Below the pieces are notes generated by a model, which searched no databases, had not been told where the DNA came from, and was given only the letters and a program-made list of their open reading frames with translations. Below are positions 19,843-30,602 of a stretch of DNA of 64,000 bases, one piece after another (position 1 is the first letter of the stretch; every line of letters begins with the position of its first letter). The stretch is taken from the sequence record MN091626.1. The stretch is one strand, 5' to 3'. The position numbers and the translations under genes were made by a program.

Positions 19843-20867
19843 TAAAGGTAGCTCAGGATAAAGCTTTTTAATTGCTGGGAAGTCCTTAGAGCTTAATGAA
19901 CTACAACGTAATGAGTAATCATAAGCGTGAATGTTTAAAAATCATTAAGATTGGAAAATCAGCAGCTAATAATAAAATTTAATTGAAAATAAAATTTAAG
20001 GTATGATAAAGTTGGAAATATGGAAAGATATAGAAAATTATGAAGGTTATTATCAAGTATCAGATAAAGGAAATGTAAAATCTTTAGAAAGAAAAGTTAT
20101 TGAAAAAAAATACTGGCAAAGTCAATATTTATAAATCTAGAAACCTTAAAAAATCATATAATAAAAAAGGCTATGAGCAAGTTAGTTTGAATAAAGATAA
20201 TAAAAAGAAAACTATCTTTGTTCACAGATTAGTTGCGTCTGCTTTTTTAGAAAATCCTAATAATTTACCACAGGTTAATCATAAAGACGGTATAAAAGAT
20301 AATAATAATTTGGATAATTTAGAATGGGTAACTAATGCAGAAAATATGGAACATGCTCATAGTACAGGTCTTATGAAACATATCAAAATGCCTTCTGGAA
20401 AAGATCATCACATGTTTGGGAAAACAGCTTATAATAAAGGTAAAAAAATGAGTGAAAAGCAAAGACAGGGTATGATGAAACCTATCTTGCAAATTGATAT
20501 GAAAACTGGAGAAGTAGTTAATGAATTTTCAGGAGCTAAAGAAGCAGCAGATATTTTAGGTTTTTCTAGAAGATCAATAACAGATACATCAAATGGAAAA
20601 CAAAAAAGTCATAAAGGTTTTTTGTGGAAGAAAAAATAATTCAATTAAATTTTATTAAAGTTCAACGACTATCAAAAGCATGTCAAATGTGAGTAGAGTA
20701 CAGCCAAGCGGTTAGTTTTTAAGTGATATTAGCTTAATGTAATACTATTAAATGGAAAAGGAAGCATCTTAAATTTTAAGGTAAGATATAGTCTCAACGT
20801 TTAGGGAAACCCTAAAGAAGTTCATAAGAGAACTGGTATATATTAGCGATATATATTGAAGATTTTG
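19843..20867 (+). mobile_element. Group I self-splicing intron in the DNA polymerase gene
   Basis: 5' exon ends in U with P1 CUGGGU/GCUCAG; core elements AATTGCTGGGAA (P), AATCAGCAG (Q), GTTCAACGACTA (R), AAGATATAGTCT (S); terminal G at 20867; splicing restores frame and a conserved motif. Confidence 0.9.
20003..20639 (+). pseudogene. Intron-encoded NUMOD4-HNH-NUMOD1 homing endonuclease, frameshifted at an A8 run
   Basis: NUMOD4 start MIKLEIWKDIENYEGYYQVSDKGNVKS at 20003 is one base out of frame with the HNH part (VHRLVA..VNHKDG..DNLEWVT..EN) at 20100..20639. Confidence 0.75.
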
Positions 20868-22105
20868 TCCCCGACCCTGAAAAAGCTGAGGCAGAGGTAA
20901 ATATTATAACTGTAGTGGACTGGAGTAAGAAGAAAGTATTAACATTTGCTCTTAAATATGATACTGATACTTATAGAGAAACTATGAAAGATCAAGATAA
21001 ATTAATTAAAGACTTAAATGAAATTTATAATAATGAAAATAGTGAAATTGGTAAAGATTTAGGTTTAGAATTTGAAATATATGAGTTAGATACAGAAATG
21101 CAAGTTATTAAATCTTTCTTGTATTATATTAATGAAATTAGTAAGCCCGATATATGTACCGCATGGAATCTAGATTATGACTTTCCTGCATTATTTGAAC
21201 GTATTAGAGCTAACGGAGAAGATCCTGCAGATTATTTCTGTTCTAAAGAATTTGAAGATAAAAAAGCATATTATAAATTAGATAAAAATGCTACTGATAT
21301 GGCTAATAGATCTTCTACATTTGAGACTAATTCATATACTAACTGGATTGACCAATTAGCTTTATATGCAAATATTAATAAACCTAATGGTGCTTTGGAA
21401 TCAGTTAAGTTGAATGATATTGGAGAGAAAGAAGCAGGAGTTACTAAAGATGTTTATGAAGGTTCTATTTCTGATTTACATTTTAGAGACTATTATACAT
21501 TCATTCTTTATAATATTAAAGATACTGTATTAGCTGCATTAATTGAACATAACACTAATATGTTTGATTTATTATTCTCTATTGTAGACATGACTAGAAC
21601 AAGACCTAGTAAAGCACTTAAGAAAACTATTTGTTTAAGAAATCGTAGTTCAGTATTCTTTGAAAATCAAGGATATGTATTAAGTAATAATCACTCAAAA
21701 TTATTATCAGATCCGAATGCAGATAAAATTCGTGGTGGATTTGTAGCTGATATGATGTTAATTGAACGTAATGGTGATGTATTAGTTAAAGGTAAAGATA
21801 TTAGATCTAATAGATTATTTAGTAATGTTTGTGACTTTGACTTAAGTTCTCTATATCCATCTATTATTAGAGCTTATAATATAACGCCTGAAGGACATGT
21901 AGGTAAAATGAATATTCTTGATAAAAATAGAATAACAGTACCTAAATATGAGGAAGATAAAGATAACTATGATTTCAATACTGAATTCGTAAGTAAGTTT
22001 AATAGTCAAGATAGTGTTGCTTTTGCTCAAGAATTTCATGGTTTACCTTCTCTTATTAAAGCATCTGATGACATTATTAAAGAATTAGAGGAGGAAATTG
22101 GTTAA
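20868..22105 (+). CDS. Family B DNA polymerase, exon 2 (exonuclease plus polymerase motif A)
   Basis: ExoII AWNLDYDF, ExoIII YNIKD, motif A DFDLSSLYPSII; no motif B or C before the stop. Confidence 0.88.
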
Positions 22106-22887
22106 TGTCTATTATTATTGAAGAATCAAAAATAGTAAATAAATTAGTAATGACTTTTGAAGAAATATCTAAATTATTCAATAATATTGTTGATGGAAGT
22201 AAGTATATTAGTTTAAATAAAAATATTATAACAAATCATTCTAAGTCAGATGACAATCCTAATTCAGTTGAAGTGGAAATTATAGAAGATAATCCAATTT
22301 ACGATTATCTTCTACCTATTGAAAATTGTGTTTTTAGTGTAGAAGACTTTATTGAAGTAAGAAAGAATAAGGGAGATAAAATTGTTAAAGTTGAATTTTT
22401 CAATGAAATCGATAATAGTGGTATTAAAATAACTAGAGAATCTGATTTAGAAACTATTATTAACGGTGATGAATTTGATGAAGACTTATTAGATGAAGAA
22501 TTAAATTATTCACTAGATGCTATTGATTATTTTAGTTCTTTTGAACCAAGTCTAAATTTCAAATTAGATGATGATAGTTTATTGGAAATCAAGGAAAGAA
22601 AACCTTCTGAGTTCTTTAAGTTTATATTTACTGAAGATGATGTTATTGTTAAAGATCCTTATTATATTTATAATGAAGAAGACTACCTTATTGATTTTAG
22701 AACTTCTAAAAAGTATTTATTAGGATTAAAATATAAAAAGACTAAAGGAGAAACAGTTTGTCCATTAGTTAAAATAGATGTATACGCCCCAGAAACAACT
22801 GTATATAGTGAATTGATTATGATAAAATTTTCAATTTACCAAGACAAATTTGTTGCAAAATTGAAGAATTTAGTTTATAATATATAA
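22105..22887 (+). CDS. Acidic hypothetical protein translationally coupled to polB
   Basis: TAATG stop/start overlap at 22103-22107. Confidence 0.75.
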   Translation: MSIIIEESKIVNKLVMTFEEISKLFNNIVDGSKYISLNKNIITNHSKSDDNPNSVEVEIIEDNPIYDYLLPIENCVFSVEDFIEVRKNKGDKIVKVEFFNEIDNSGIKITRESDLETIINGDEFDEDLLDEELNYSLDAIDYFSSFEPSLNFKLDDDSLLEIKERKPSEFFKFIFTEDDVIVKDPYYIYNEEDYLIDFRTSKKYLLGLKYKKTKGETVCPLVKIDVYAPETTVYSELIMIKFSIYQDKFVAKLKNLVYNI

Positions 22888-22930
22888 TGTGAAAAAATAC
22901 TTATAAATTAAGAGAAAATTCTAAAAAGTA

Positions 22931-25399
22931 TTGAAAAGGAGTGTTTTGAATTTGGCTGATGAGAATAAAACTCAGAGAAGTATAAATAATCTCAACAGAG
23001 ATATGGTCAGAGGATTAGGAGATGAAGAAAATCCTAAGAACTTATCTGATAATATAAATGATTTTGATGATAGGCTAAAAAAGATAAGACGTAAAAGTAA
23101 TCATGGTAATAGTAATGGTGATATTCTATCTTTAGCATCTAAAGTAAATGGTAAAGATAGAAATGCTAGAAGAACTAATAATACAAGTGATGATAAAAAA
23201 GATTTCATTAAAGACTTTATAGAAGAGAATATTGAAAATCAAGATTTTTCATCTGAAATTGCTAGAGTATCTAGATATGATGACTATAGAATTATAGATA
23301 AGTTTATACCTGAAATATCAACAAGTATTGATGTATTCGCTACTTCTATTATCGCACCTGACGATACTTCTAAATTATCATTGATGTATCGTTATGGTGA
23401 TACAAATAATAAAGATGAATCAGAAAATAAAGAAGTTTTAAATGAATTAGATAGAATTGTAAAGAAATATAATTTAGACAATTTAACATACACTTCTATT
23501 CGTGATGGTTTATTATTAGGTGATGTATTCTACATTATTAAAGATACTAAATCTGATTTTGAAGAAATACTTAATGAAAATGATGATGTATTAGGAAGAG
23601 AAACACGAGAAGATCAAAAAGTGATTAATGAATCATTTATAGATCAGAATCTTAAAGAATCTGATTTAGACATTGTAATTAATGAATTTAATAGTCAATT
23701 TGAAAAACCTATTAAAGATGAAAATCAATTAAATGAACAAAGAGCTAATTTTAAAAATGAAATATTAAAGAGCATTAATGAGAATGTAGCTTTCTTTGAA
23801 AATTCTTCTGAATTACTATCTGATATAGGTAAATACAAAGGCTCTAATGACTTACAATCATTTTTAAATAAAGCAGATAACAAAAATAAATCTAGTAAAT
23901 TAAAATCTGGTTCAGTTTATTTTAGATCTGTAGAGCCTGAAGACATGATTAAATTAGAAATTGATGGAATGTGTATTGGTTATCTTTATATTGAGCCTGA
24001 TTCTGGAACTGATTTAAGAGGAGGAGCTAATCCTTTATTATCTGCCATGAATAATTTAATGGGTGACGGTTATCAGAAACAAGGTCAGACAGGGTCATTC
24101 GCAAACGGTATGGGAGTTACTAACTTAGATCCTGTTACTGGTAATGTTGCAGGAAATAATATGTCTAGCAATTCTAAAAATCCTAATTCAGGAATGAATG
24201 CTACATCCGGTTCATATTATGAAAATGGAAATACTGCTATGGCGTATCAAGGACTAGTTGATGTTATAGTTAAAGGTATTTCTCAAAAAATTAATATGGA
24301 CTTCATTAATAAAAATGATTCATTTAAAGATATTATATATAGATTAATTCGTAAGAATTATATTATTGAAAATGGTATTAAAATGACATTCTTAGAAGCT
24401 GATGAAGTATTTCATCACAAATTAGACAGTCAAAAAACTTATGGAGTTTCTAAACTTAATAAATCATTATTCTTTGCTAAATTATATTTAAGTACATTAA
24501 TAACTACAATGATGGTTAAATTAAATCAATCAAGAGATAGACGTGTATTTAGAGTTAATGCAGGTTTAGATGATGATTATGAAGGAACTGTAGAAGAAAT
24601 AATTCGTAATGTAAGACAAAATGAAATGTCTACAGGTTTATTTGGTGATGGAACTTCAGTTCAAACATTATTTAATCAAGTAGGTAACTTAGAAAACATG
24701 TATATTCCTCAAAATAAAGAGGGTACTTCACCTTTAGAAATAGATACAATTTCTGGTATTCAAGTTGATATTAATGATGAATTCTTAGAATGGCTTAAGA
24801 AATCAGTTATATCAGGTACAGGAGTTCCTTTAAATTATATTGATGCTGAGACTGAAACTGATTACGCTCGTTCATTATCAATGCAGAATAATAACTTTGT
24901 AAGACGTGTAGTTAACTATCAAAAATCATTCGGTGAATTCTACACTCAAGTATTAAGAAAGCTTTATTATTTAGAAAATGTAAATATTAAAGATAAAAAA
25001 TATAATGAAGAATTAAATAATAAATTACAAGAAATTGAAGCTTACTTCCCAGCACCTGTATTCTTAAACTTAGGAAATCTTAATGAAGAAGTTGGAGCTG
25101 TAACACAAATGATAGATTTCTTAGTTCCTTTATACACTTCAGAAGCTACTGGTGACGAAGAAGAAGATGATAATGAAAAATTAAAACGTCTATTCCGTAA
25201 AGAACTAGTTCAACAAGAATTCATGTCTAATTTAGATTACGATAGATATGAAAATATCATTAACAATATTAAAGATGAAATAAATAAAGACAAAAAGAAA
25301 AATGACATGACAAACAATAATAATGCTGATGGAGACGATTTAGCTTCTCCAAATGATTCTGAAAATGATTCAGATGATAATTTTGAGGACGATTTCTAA
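22931..25399 (+). CDS. Portal protein, T4 gp20-like
   Basis: YRIIDKFIPEISTSID, RDRRVFRVNAG, EIDTISG and GTGVP segments parallel gp20-family motifs (PEV..AI, PERRVFYIDVG, EITTLPG, ALxVP). Confidence 0.7.
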   Translation: MKRSVLNLADENKTQRSINNLNRDMVRGLGDEENPKNLSDNINDFDDRLKKIRRKSNHGNSNGDILSLASKVNGKDRNARRTNNTSDDKKDFIKDFIEENIENQDFSSEIARVSRYDDYRIIDKFIPEISTSIDVFATSIIAPDDTSKLSLMYRYGDTNNKDESENKEVLNELDRIVKKYNLDNLTYTSIRDGLLLGDVFYIIKDTKSDFEEILNENDDVLGRETREDQKVINESFIDQNLKESDLDIVINEFNSQFEKPIKDENQLNEQRANFKNEILKSINENVAFFENSSELLSDIGKYKGSNDLQSFLNKADNKNKSSKLKSGSVYFRSVEPEDMIKLEIDGMCIGYLYIEPDSGTDLRGGANPLLSAMNNLMGDGYQKQGQTGSFANGMGVTNLDPVTGNVAGNNMSSNSKNPNSGMNATSGSYYENGNTAMAYQGLVDVIVKGISQKINMDFINKNDSFKDIIYRLIRKNYIIENGIKMTFLEADEVFHHKLDSQKTYGVSKLNKSLFFAKLYLSTLITTMMVKLNQSRDRRVFRVNAGLDDDYEGTVEEIIRNVRQNEMSTGLFGDGTSVQTLFNQVGNLENMYIPQNKEGTSPLEIDTISGIQVDINDEFLEWLKKSVISGTGVPLNYIDAETETDYARSLSMQNNNFVRRVVNYQKSFGEFYTQVLRKLYYLENVNIKDKKYNEELNNKLQEIEAYFPAPVFLNLGNLNEEVGAVTQMIDFLVPLYTSEATGDEEEDDNEKLKRLFRKELVQQEFMSNLDYDRYENIINNIKDEINKDKKKNDMTNNNNADGDDLASPNDSENDSDDNFEDDF

Positions 25400-25499
25400 T
25401 ATTGACATTTGAATAACGGACTAAATACAATTCGTTATTCAAATTTATATTATATAAGTGTAGTACATAATATTTATTTATAAGGAGAATGAATTAGAT

Positions 25500-27413
25500 A
25501 TGGCAAATGAAGAAATTGTTTTAGATTTAAAATTAGGTAAGTACAATGATTATTTACACTCAGATAATTATTTTGAAATTTTAGATGATTTAAAGAAAGA
25601 TATCATTGGTAATCCTCAAAAAAGAATGGAAGACTATTTTGAAGACAATATACCCAAAAGTAATTATTTCACTTTATTAGTATTAGGTAAACCTTTTAGA
25701 GATATGAATAAAGAATTTACTGAAGAGTATTTAGTTAATCCAACCGATATTGATGATTATTATGACTATTTTGACAAAGTTGTTGTTAATTTTATTCATG
25801 AAGGTCATGATCCAATAAAAGTTAGTCAATCAATTGCATTTGTTATTGACGAATTGACTATATTTTCAAATGAATATATTTTACCTTTAGATGGTCCATC
25901 TATTTCATTATATGATATTATGAGATTAGCTAATGAAGATAAAGAAATAGAAAAATTAATTAACTTTGATAAAGAAGACATTGATCATAACTTAACATAT
26001 CAACAAATCATTAATGAAGTTCAAAAACCGAATATGCATAAATTGATTGATCGTATTAAATCTGATAAAGAAAACGATTATAAAACTTTCTTACATTCAG
26101 GAACAGGTATTAATAAGATACAATTGAATGAGGTTTTAAGTTTTGTAGGATATAAACCAGACATTCGTGGTGATGTTGTAACTGATATTATTGATACTTC
26201 ATTTATGCGTGGTTTAAAAGATACAACACAATTTGCTATTGATGCAGAATCTTCATTAAACGCATTAATGAACTCTAAGAATAAAGTACGTGAATCAGGT
26301 TACTTAAACCGTAAAATTACTTTATTAACTTCAGACTTAAAACTATCAGAAACTGAAGATTGTGAAAGTAAACATTTCGTTTACGTTAATATGGATAGTC
26401 AAGATAAATTAGATAGATTTAATGATAGATTCTATTATGATGATACAGATCAAGAATTAAAATTAATTAATTCTAAAGAAGACAGTCATTTAATAGGACA
26501 AATTGTTCCATTACGTTCACCTATTACATGTGCTGAATCTAAAGGAAAAATTTGTCAAACTTGTTATGGTAAACGTTTATATAACATTAATAGAAACTTA
26601 TCTGTAGGTATATTAGCTACATTAAGATTAACAGAACCTATGACTCAAAAATTACTATCAACAAAACACTTACAGGCAGTACAATTATCTGAATTCTCTT
26701 GGCCAGATATCTTTAAAGAACACTTTGAATTCTCTGGAGATAATATTGTTCCACGTAATGAAAAGACTAAAGTTATTATTGATGAAATGATTATTAATGA
26801 AGATTATGAATATGGAAGATATAAAGCTAATAGTTTTAAATTTAAAGTAGGTACTAAAACTCATACTGTTAAATCACCTGTAACTCTTAAAATACCAGAC
26901 CAAAATATTGAGACTATGGATAAATTTTATGATGAAGAAGAAAATGCATTTATATTCAGTATGAAAGACTTAAAAGAGAATTTCTTATTTAATATTAAAA
27001 TTAAAAATGAAGGCGTTGCTGACCCACTTCTTAAAATACGTTCTATATTAGAAAGTACTAAATATATTAGAAATGACTATGAAGAAAATAATTATCAAGC
27101 TATGTTTAATGATGTAACAGATTTATTACTTAAATCAGGTACAGACGTTATGAGTGTTCATTTAGAAACTATTATTAGAAATATGGTATTCTTAAATGAA
27201 GATTATAAAGAAAGAACTAAATATAGAGACCCTGAATTTGAACCTGATATTGAATTGAAAAATGTAGGTAGTGCTATTTTAAGTTCACCTTCACCAGTTC
27301 AATCATTAATCTTTGAAAAGATTAAAGCTCAGTTAAGCACTGATGAAACTAATAACTTCTTCAGTAAAGATGGAGATTCAATGTTCGATCCATTATTTGA
27401 TTTTGATATTTAA
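25500..27413 (+). CDS. rpoC: Phage RNA polymerase beta-prime subunit, C-terminal part (copy 1)
   Basis: Bridge helix ESGYLNRK, EDC, RSPITC...ICQTCYG Zn site, trigger-loop EPMTQKLLSTKH. Confidence 0.85.
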   Translation: MANEEIVLDLKLGKYNDYLHSDNYFEILDDLKKDIIGNPQKRMEDYFEDNIPKSNYFTLLVLGKPFRDMNKEFTEEYLVNPTDIDDYYDYFDKVVVNFIHEGHDPIKVSQSIAFVIDELTIFSNEYILPLDGPSISLYDIMRLANEDKEIEKLINFDKEDIDHNLTYQQIINEVQKPNMHKLIDRIKSDKENDYKTFLHSGTGINKIQLNEVLSFVGYKPDIRGDVVTDIIDTSFMRGLKDTTQFAIDAESSLNALMNSKNKVRESGYLNRKITLLTSDLKLSETEDCESKHFVYVNMDSQDKLDRFNDRFYYDDTDQELKLINSKEDSHLIGQIVPLRSPITCAESKGKICQTCYGKRLYNINRNLSVGILATLRLTEPMTQKLLSTKHLQAVQLSEFSWPDIFKEHFEFSGDNIVPRNEKTKVIIDEMIINEDYEYGRYKANSFKFKVGTKTHTVKSPVTLKIPDQNIETMDKFYDEEENAFIFSMKDLKENFLFNIKIKNEGVADPLLKIRSILESTKYIRNDYEENNYQAMFNDVTDLLLKSGTDVMSVHLETIIRNMVFLNEDYKERTKYRDPEFEPDIELKNVGSAILSSPSPVQSLIFEKIKAQLSTDETNNFFSKDGDSMFDPLFDFDI

Positions 27414-27426
27414 AACAATATAATTC

Positions 27427-27458
27427 AACCAAACTTCTATTAACTTAGGAGTTTGGTT
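27427..27458 (+). terminator. Terminator-like hairpin
   Basis: AACCAAACTTCTA/TAGGAGTTTGGTT. Confidence 0.65.
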
Positions 27459-27487
27459 ATATATAATAACTCTAGGAGGAATTTAAT

Positions 27488-27781
27488 ATGAAAGCAGAAG
27501 ATTTATTAAGAGACAATTTATATGAGCAATACGATTATAATAAGGATGATAAGTTAGAAAAGGCTATAATGAAGAATTGTTATATCATTTTTGACAATGT
27601 AAATGAAGATGGAGAGAGAAATATCTATAGAATATCAGATTTGGAAGTAAATGAAAATCAAATTTTATCATTTATTTTAGTTAAAGATGATATACCTGTT
27701 TCAACTCATAGTTTTTCAATTGAAAATGTTTATGAATTTAATGAACTTGACAAGCTTATATTAGAAAGTATTAATTCTTAA
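27488..27781 (+). CDS. Hypothetical protein
   Basis: Strong RBS AGGAGG. Confidence 0.75.
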   Translation: MKAEDLLRDNLYEQYDYNKDDKLEKAIMKNCYIIFDNVNEDGERNIYRISDLEVNENQILSFILVKDDIPVSTHSFSIENVYEFNELDKLILESINS

Positions 27782-27848
27782 AAAATTAATTTTTTATAAT
27801 AACTGATAGATATAAAATTTTAAAGCAAAAAGGAGAATTTAATTTAAC

Positions 27849-28295
27849 ATGGAAATTTTCAAATTAAAAGAATTAGAAGGTAAACAAGAACAAACAATCG
27901 AATTAACTGGTGATGATAAAAACCTTAAAGAAATTAGAGAAGCATTTTTTAACAGTCAATCAGGTACTTATATGGTAAATAAAACTATCAATGATAATAT
28001 TGAAGAATTCTTCAAACATGCTGAAGATGGTGTAACTGTAGATGATGTTTATAAACTTAATGTAATTGTTGAAGATGATAAACAAATTACTTTAGTTAAA
28101 GCTGAAAAAGATGATCAATTTAAGAAAGGTTGCTTCTATATGGTATTTGACTTAATGGGTTCTGTACCTGTATATACTGATTTAGAAAATCCTGAAGCTA
28201 CATTTGATTTGTCTGGTATGTTTAAAGAGGATGGTTTCGATTTCTTTAAAACTATTGCAGAAGTATTCCCTACTACTATTGAGCTTAAACAATAA
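27849..28295 (+). CDS. Hypothetical protein
   Basis: RBS AAGGAG; codon usage like a highly expressed gene. Confidence 0.78.
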   Translation: MEIFKLKELEGKQEQTIELTGDDKNLKEIREAFFNSQSGTYMVNKTINDNIEEFFKHAEDGVTVDDVYKLNVIVEDDKQITLVKAEKDDQFKKGCFYMVFDLMGSVPVYTDLENPEATFDLSGMFKEDGFDFFKTIAEVFPTTIELKQ

Positions 28296-28312
28296 AGAAA
28301 GAAGCTGATACT

Positions 28313-29860
28313 ATGGTAGTATTAAACGAAACAAGAAAAATAAAAGTATCTGTATATCCTACTCGTATATTAGTTGAAAATTACGAGTTAGGATTTTGTT
28401 CTGCAGTAGAAAATTATTTATCAGTATGGGATAAAATATATCATAAACATACTTATAAAGCTTTTAAGTATGATGAAGAAAATAAAACTATATCTTTTCC
28501 AGCAGGTATTAATACTAAATTATTATTACAGTCATTAAAAAATCATGGAGAAATTGATTATCAAGATTTCAGAGCAGTTGAAAATTTATTCTTTAAACCT
28601 AAACCAAATTACGATGTTGAAATGAATTTTAAACCTAGAGATCTTCTACAAAGAAAAGCTATAGAATTCTTAAATTCATTTAGTATATATGATCCATCAA
28701 CACAAAAATTCCTTTCATTACAAACTGGTGAAGGTAAAACTTTCTGTGCTTTAAAGTCAGTTATTGACAGAGAATTAGTACCTATGATTTTTGTTAATAA
28801 CAATAAACTTAAAGAGCAATGGGAAGAAAAAATAAAAGAGTACACTAATGTTGATGATGAAAAGATATATGTGATTCAAGGGAGATCAAGTATTAATAAA
28901 CTATTTAAAATGAAATCTAAAGAAAGAAATAAAATAGATTTCTATATAGTAATGTATAAAACGTTAAATTCTTTTATTCAAGAAGACGAAGAAAGATTAC
29001 AAGAATTACTATTAAAAACTAAAGTAGGTATTAAGATATTTGATGAAGCACATTTAGATTTTCGAAGTTTAACTAATATTGATATACAAACAGATTTACC
29101 ATCAATATACCTATCAGCTACACCTAGAAGATCTGATAAATCAGAGAATATGGTATTTAGCAATATATTCTTAAAAACACCTATATTTAGTTCTGATAAT
29201 TACGACAGACAGATAGCTAATAATAGAAAAATACCATCTAAATATCATGATGTATTTATTATCAGATGGAATAGTAATCCTAAAGAAGTTGAATTAGCTG
29301 ATTTCATGAAAGCTTCTAAACGTAATGGTCTTAATGTAAATCATTATAGTAAATACTTAATTGAAGAAGATAAAAGAAGAAAAGAATACTTTGATATTGT
29401 ATTTAATATTATTAATAATGTCATTATGAAAGAAGAAGTTAAAAAGACTGTAGTTATGTTTAAATTAAAGAATATGATAGATGATTTTTATTCATATTTA
29501 GAAGATAAACTTGGACCTGAAGGATTAGAATTTTTAAATTGTATTAGATACTATGATGGTATTGATAAAGAAGAAAAAGATAAAGTATTAGAATCTAACT
29601 TAATTATTACCACTGATTTATCTTTAGGAACTGGAATAGATATACCTGATTTAAAAGCTGTAATTAATACAGTTCCTTTATCAAGTGAAAGTAAAGTAAC
29701 TCAAATTATGGGTAGATTAAGATATATTGAAAATGAAAAATTGATGTTCTTTGATTTAATTGATCATGGGTTTAAGAAATTGGTTTCTCAAGGAAGTAAT
29801 AGATTAAGAAATGTATATAAGAAAAAAGCTTTAAATATAACTGATTTTAAAATTAAATAA
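28313..29860 (+). CDS. Superfamily 2 helicase (UvsW/XPB-like)
   Basis: Walker A QTGEGKT, DEAH, motif III SATP, motif V GTGIDIP, motif VI QIMGRLR. Confidence 0.88.
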   Translation: MVVLNETRKIKVSVYPTRILVENYELGFCSAVENYLSVWDKIYHKHTYKAFKYDEENKTISFPAGINTKLLLQSLKNHGEIDYQDFRAVENLFFKPKPNYDVEMNFKPRDLLQRKAIEFLNSFSIYDPSTQKFLSLQTGEGKTFCALKSVIDRELVPMIFVNNNKLKEQWEEKIKEYTNVDDEKIYVIQGRSSINKLFKMKSKERNKIDFYIVMYKTLNSFIQEDEERLQELLLKTKVGIKIFDEAHLDFRSLTNIDIQTDLPSIYLSATPRRSDKSENMVFSNIFLKTPIFSSDNYDRQIANNRKIPSKYHDVFIIRWNSNPKEVELADFMKASKRNGLNVNHYSKYLIEEDKRRKEYFDIVFNIINNVIMKEEVKKTVVMFKLKNMIDDFYSYLEDKLGPEGLEFLNCIRYYDGIDKEEKDKVLESNLIITTDLSLGTGIDIPDLKAVINTVPLSSESKVTQIMGRLRYIENEKLMFFDLIDHGFKKLVSQGSNRLRNVYKKKALNITDFKIK

Positions 29861-29880
29861 TGAAAGGTTGTTGAGGTATT

Positions 29881-30591
29881 GTGTCCATTATATCTCGTGG
29901 AGAGGCTATTGATAATTATCAATACCTCAATGAATTATTTATAAGTTTTAGAAAAGAAATTAATGAATTTTTATCTAGTGAGATATTTAAAATTAATCAT
30001 ACTGATTTTAAAAACTCTATTATAGGTAGTGTTAATTCAGAATTTAAAGTTAAGGAGGAAAAAGATTCAATATGCTTATTGTTAGAAGATAAATTTATTG
30101 AATTCGACCTTTATGAAGGATTTATTATCCTTTACAACTTTAAAGAGAATATTAGTTTAATGAAAGAAAAAATTGATATTCAAAAATCTATAATAGAAAA
30201 TAAATTAGATACTAGATATAATTCTAATAATAAACTTAAAAATAAGAATAAAAAGTTTAACAATGAAATAACTGAAAAGAATAATGAACTTAATGAAAGA
30301 ATTAAATTAGGTGTTTTAACTAATGCATTACTAAATATGTTAAGAATGCCCAATTCATTTAAATTAAAAGAAGAAATAGATGAACTTAATAAAAGTATTG
30401 AGAAAAATAATCTAATTATAGAGAATAATGATAGTAATATAAAATTATTAGAAGAAGATAAGAAAGATATTAGTAAATATGATTTTAGGTTTGCCAATGA
30501 TAAATATCTATTCAATAAGATTAGTGAGTTTGTACAGTACTTTAAAAACGAATATGGTTTTGAATTTTATATTAAAAATGATACTATATAA
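29881..30591 (+). CDS. Coiled-coil hypothetical protein
   Basis: ORF track; heptad-rich C-half. Confidence 0.7.
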   Translation: MSIISRGEAIDNYQYLNELFISFRKEINEFLSSEIFKINHTDFKNSIIGSVNSEFKVKEEKDSICLLLEDKFIEFDLYEGFIILYNFKENISLMKEKIDIQKSIIENKLDTRYNSNNKLKNKNKKFNNEITEKNNELNERIKLGVLTNALLNMLRMPNSFKLKEEIDELNKSIEKNNLIIENNDSNIKLLEEDKKDISKYDFRFANDKYLFNKISEFVQYFKNEYGFEFYIKNDTI

Positions 30592-30602
30592 GGAGTAAAT
30601 AT

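Noticed and set aside
1314-29860. Inteins in RNAP subunits, portal, SbcC or helicase
   Set aside because: No C/S-start ... HN-C/S/T splice motifs or LAGLIDADG blocks; extra length is coiled coil or low complexity.
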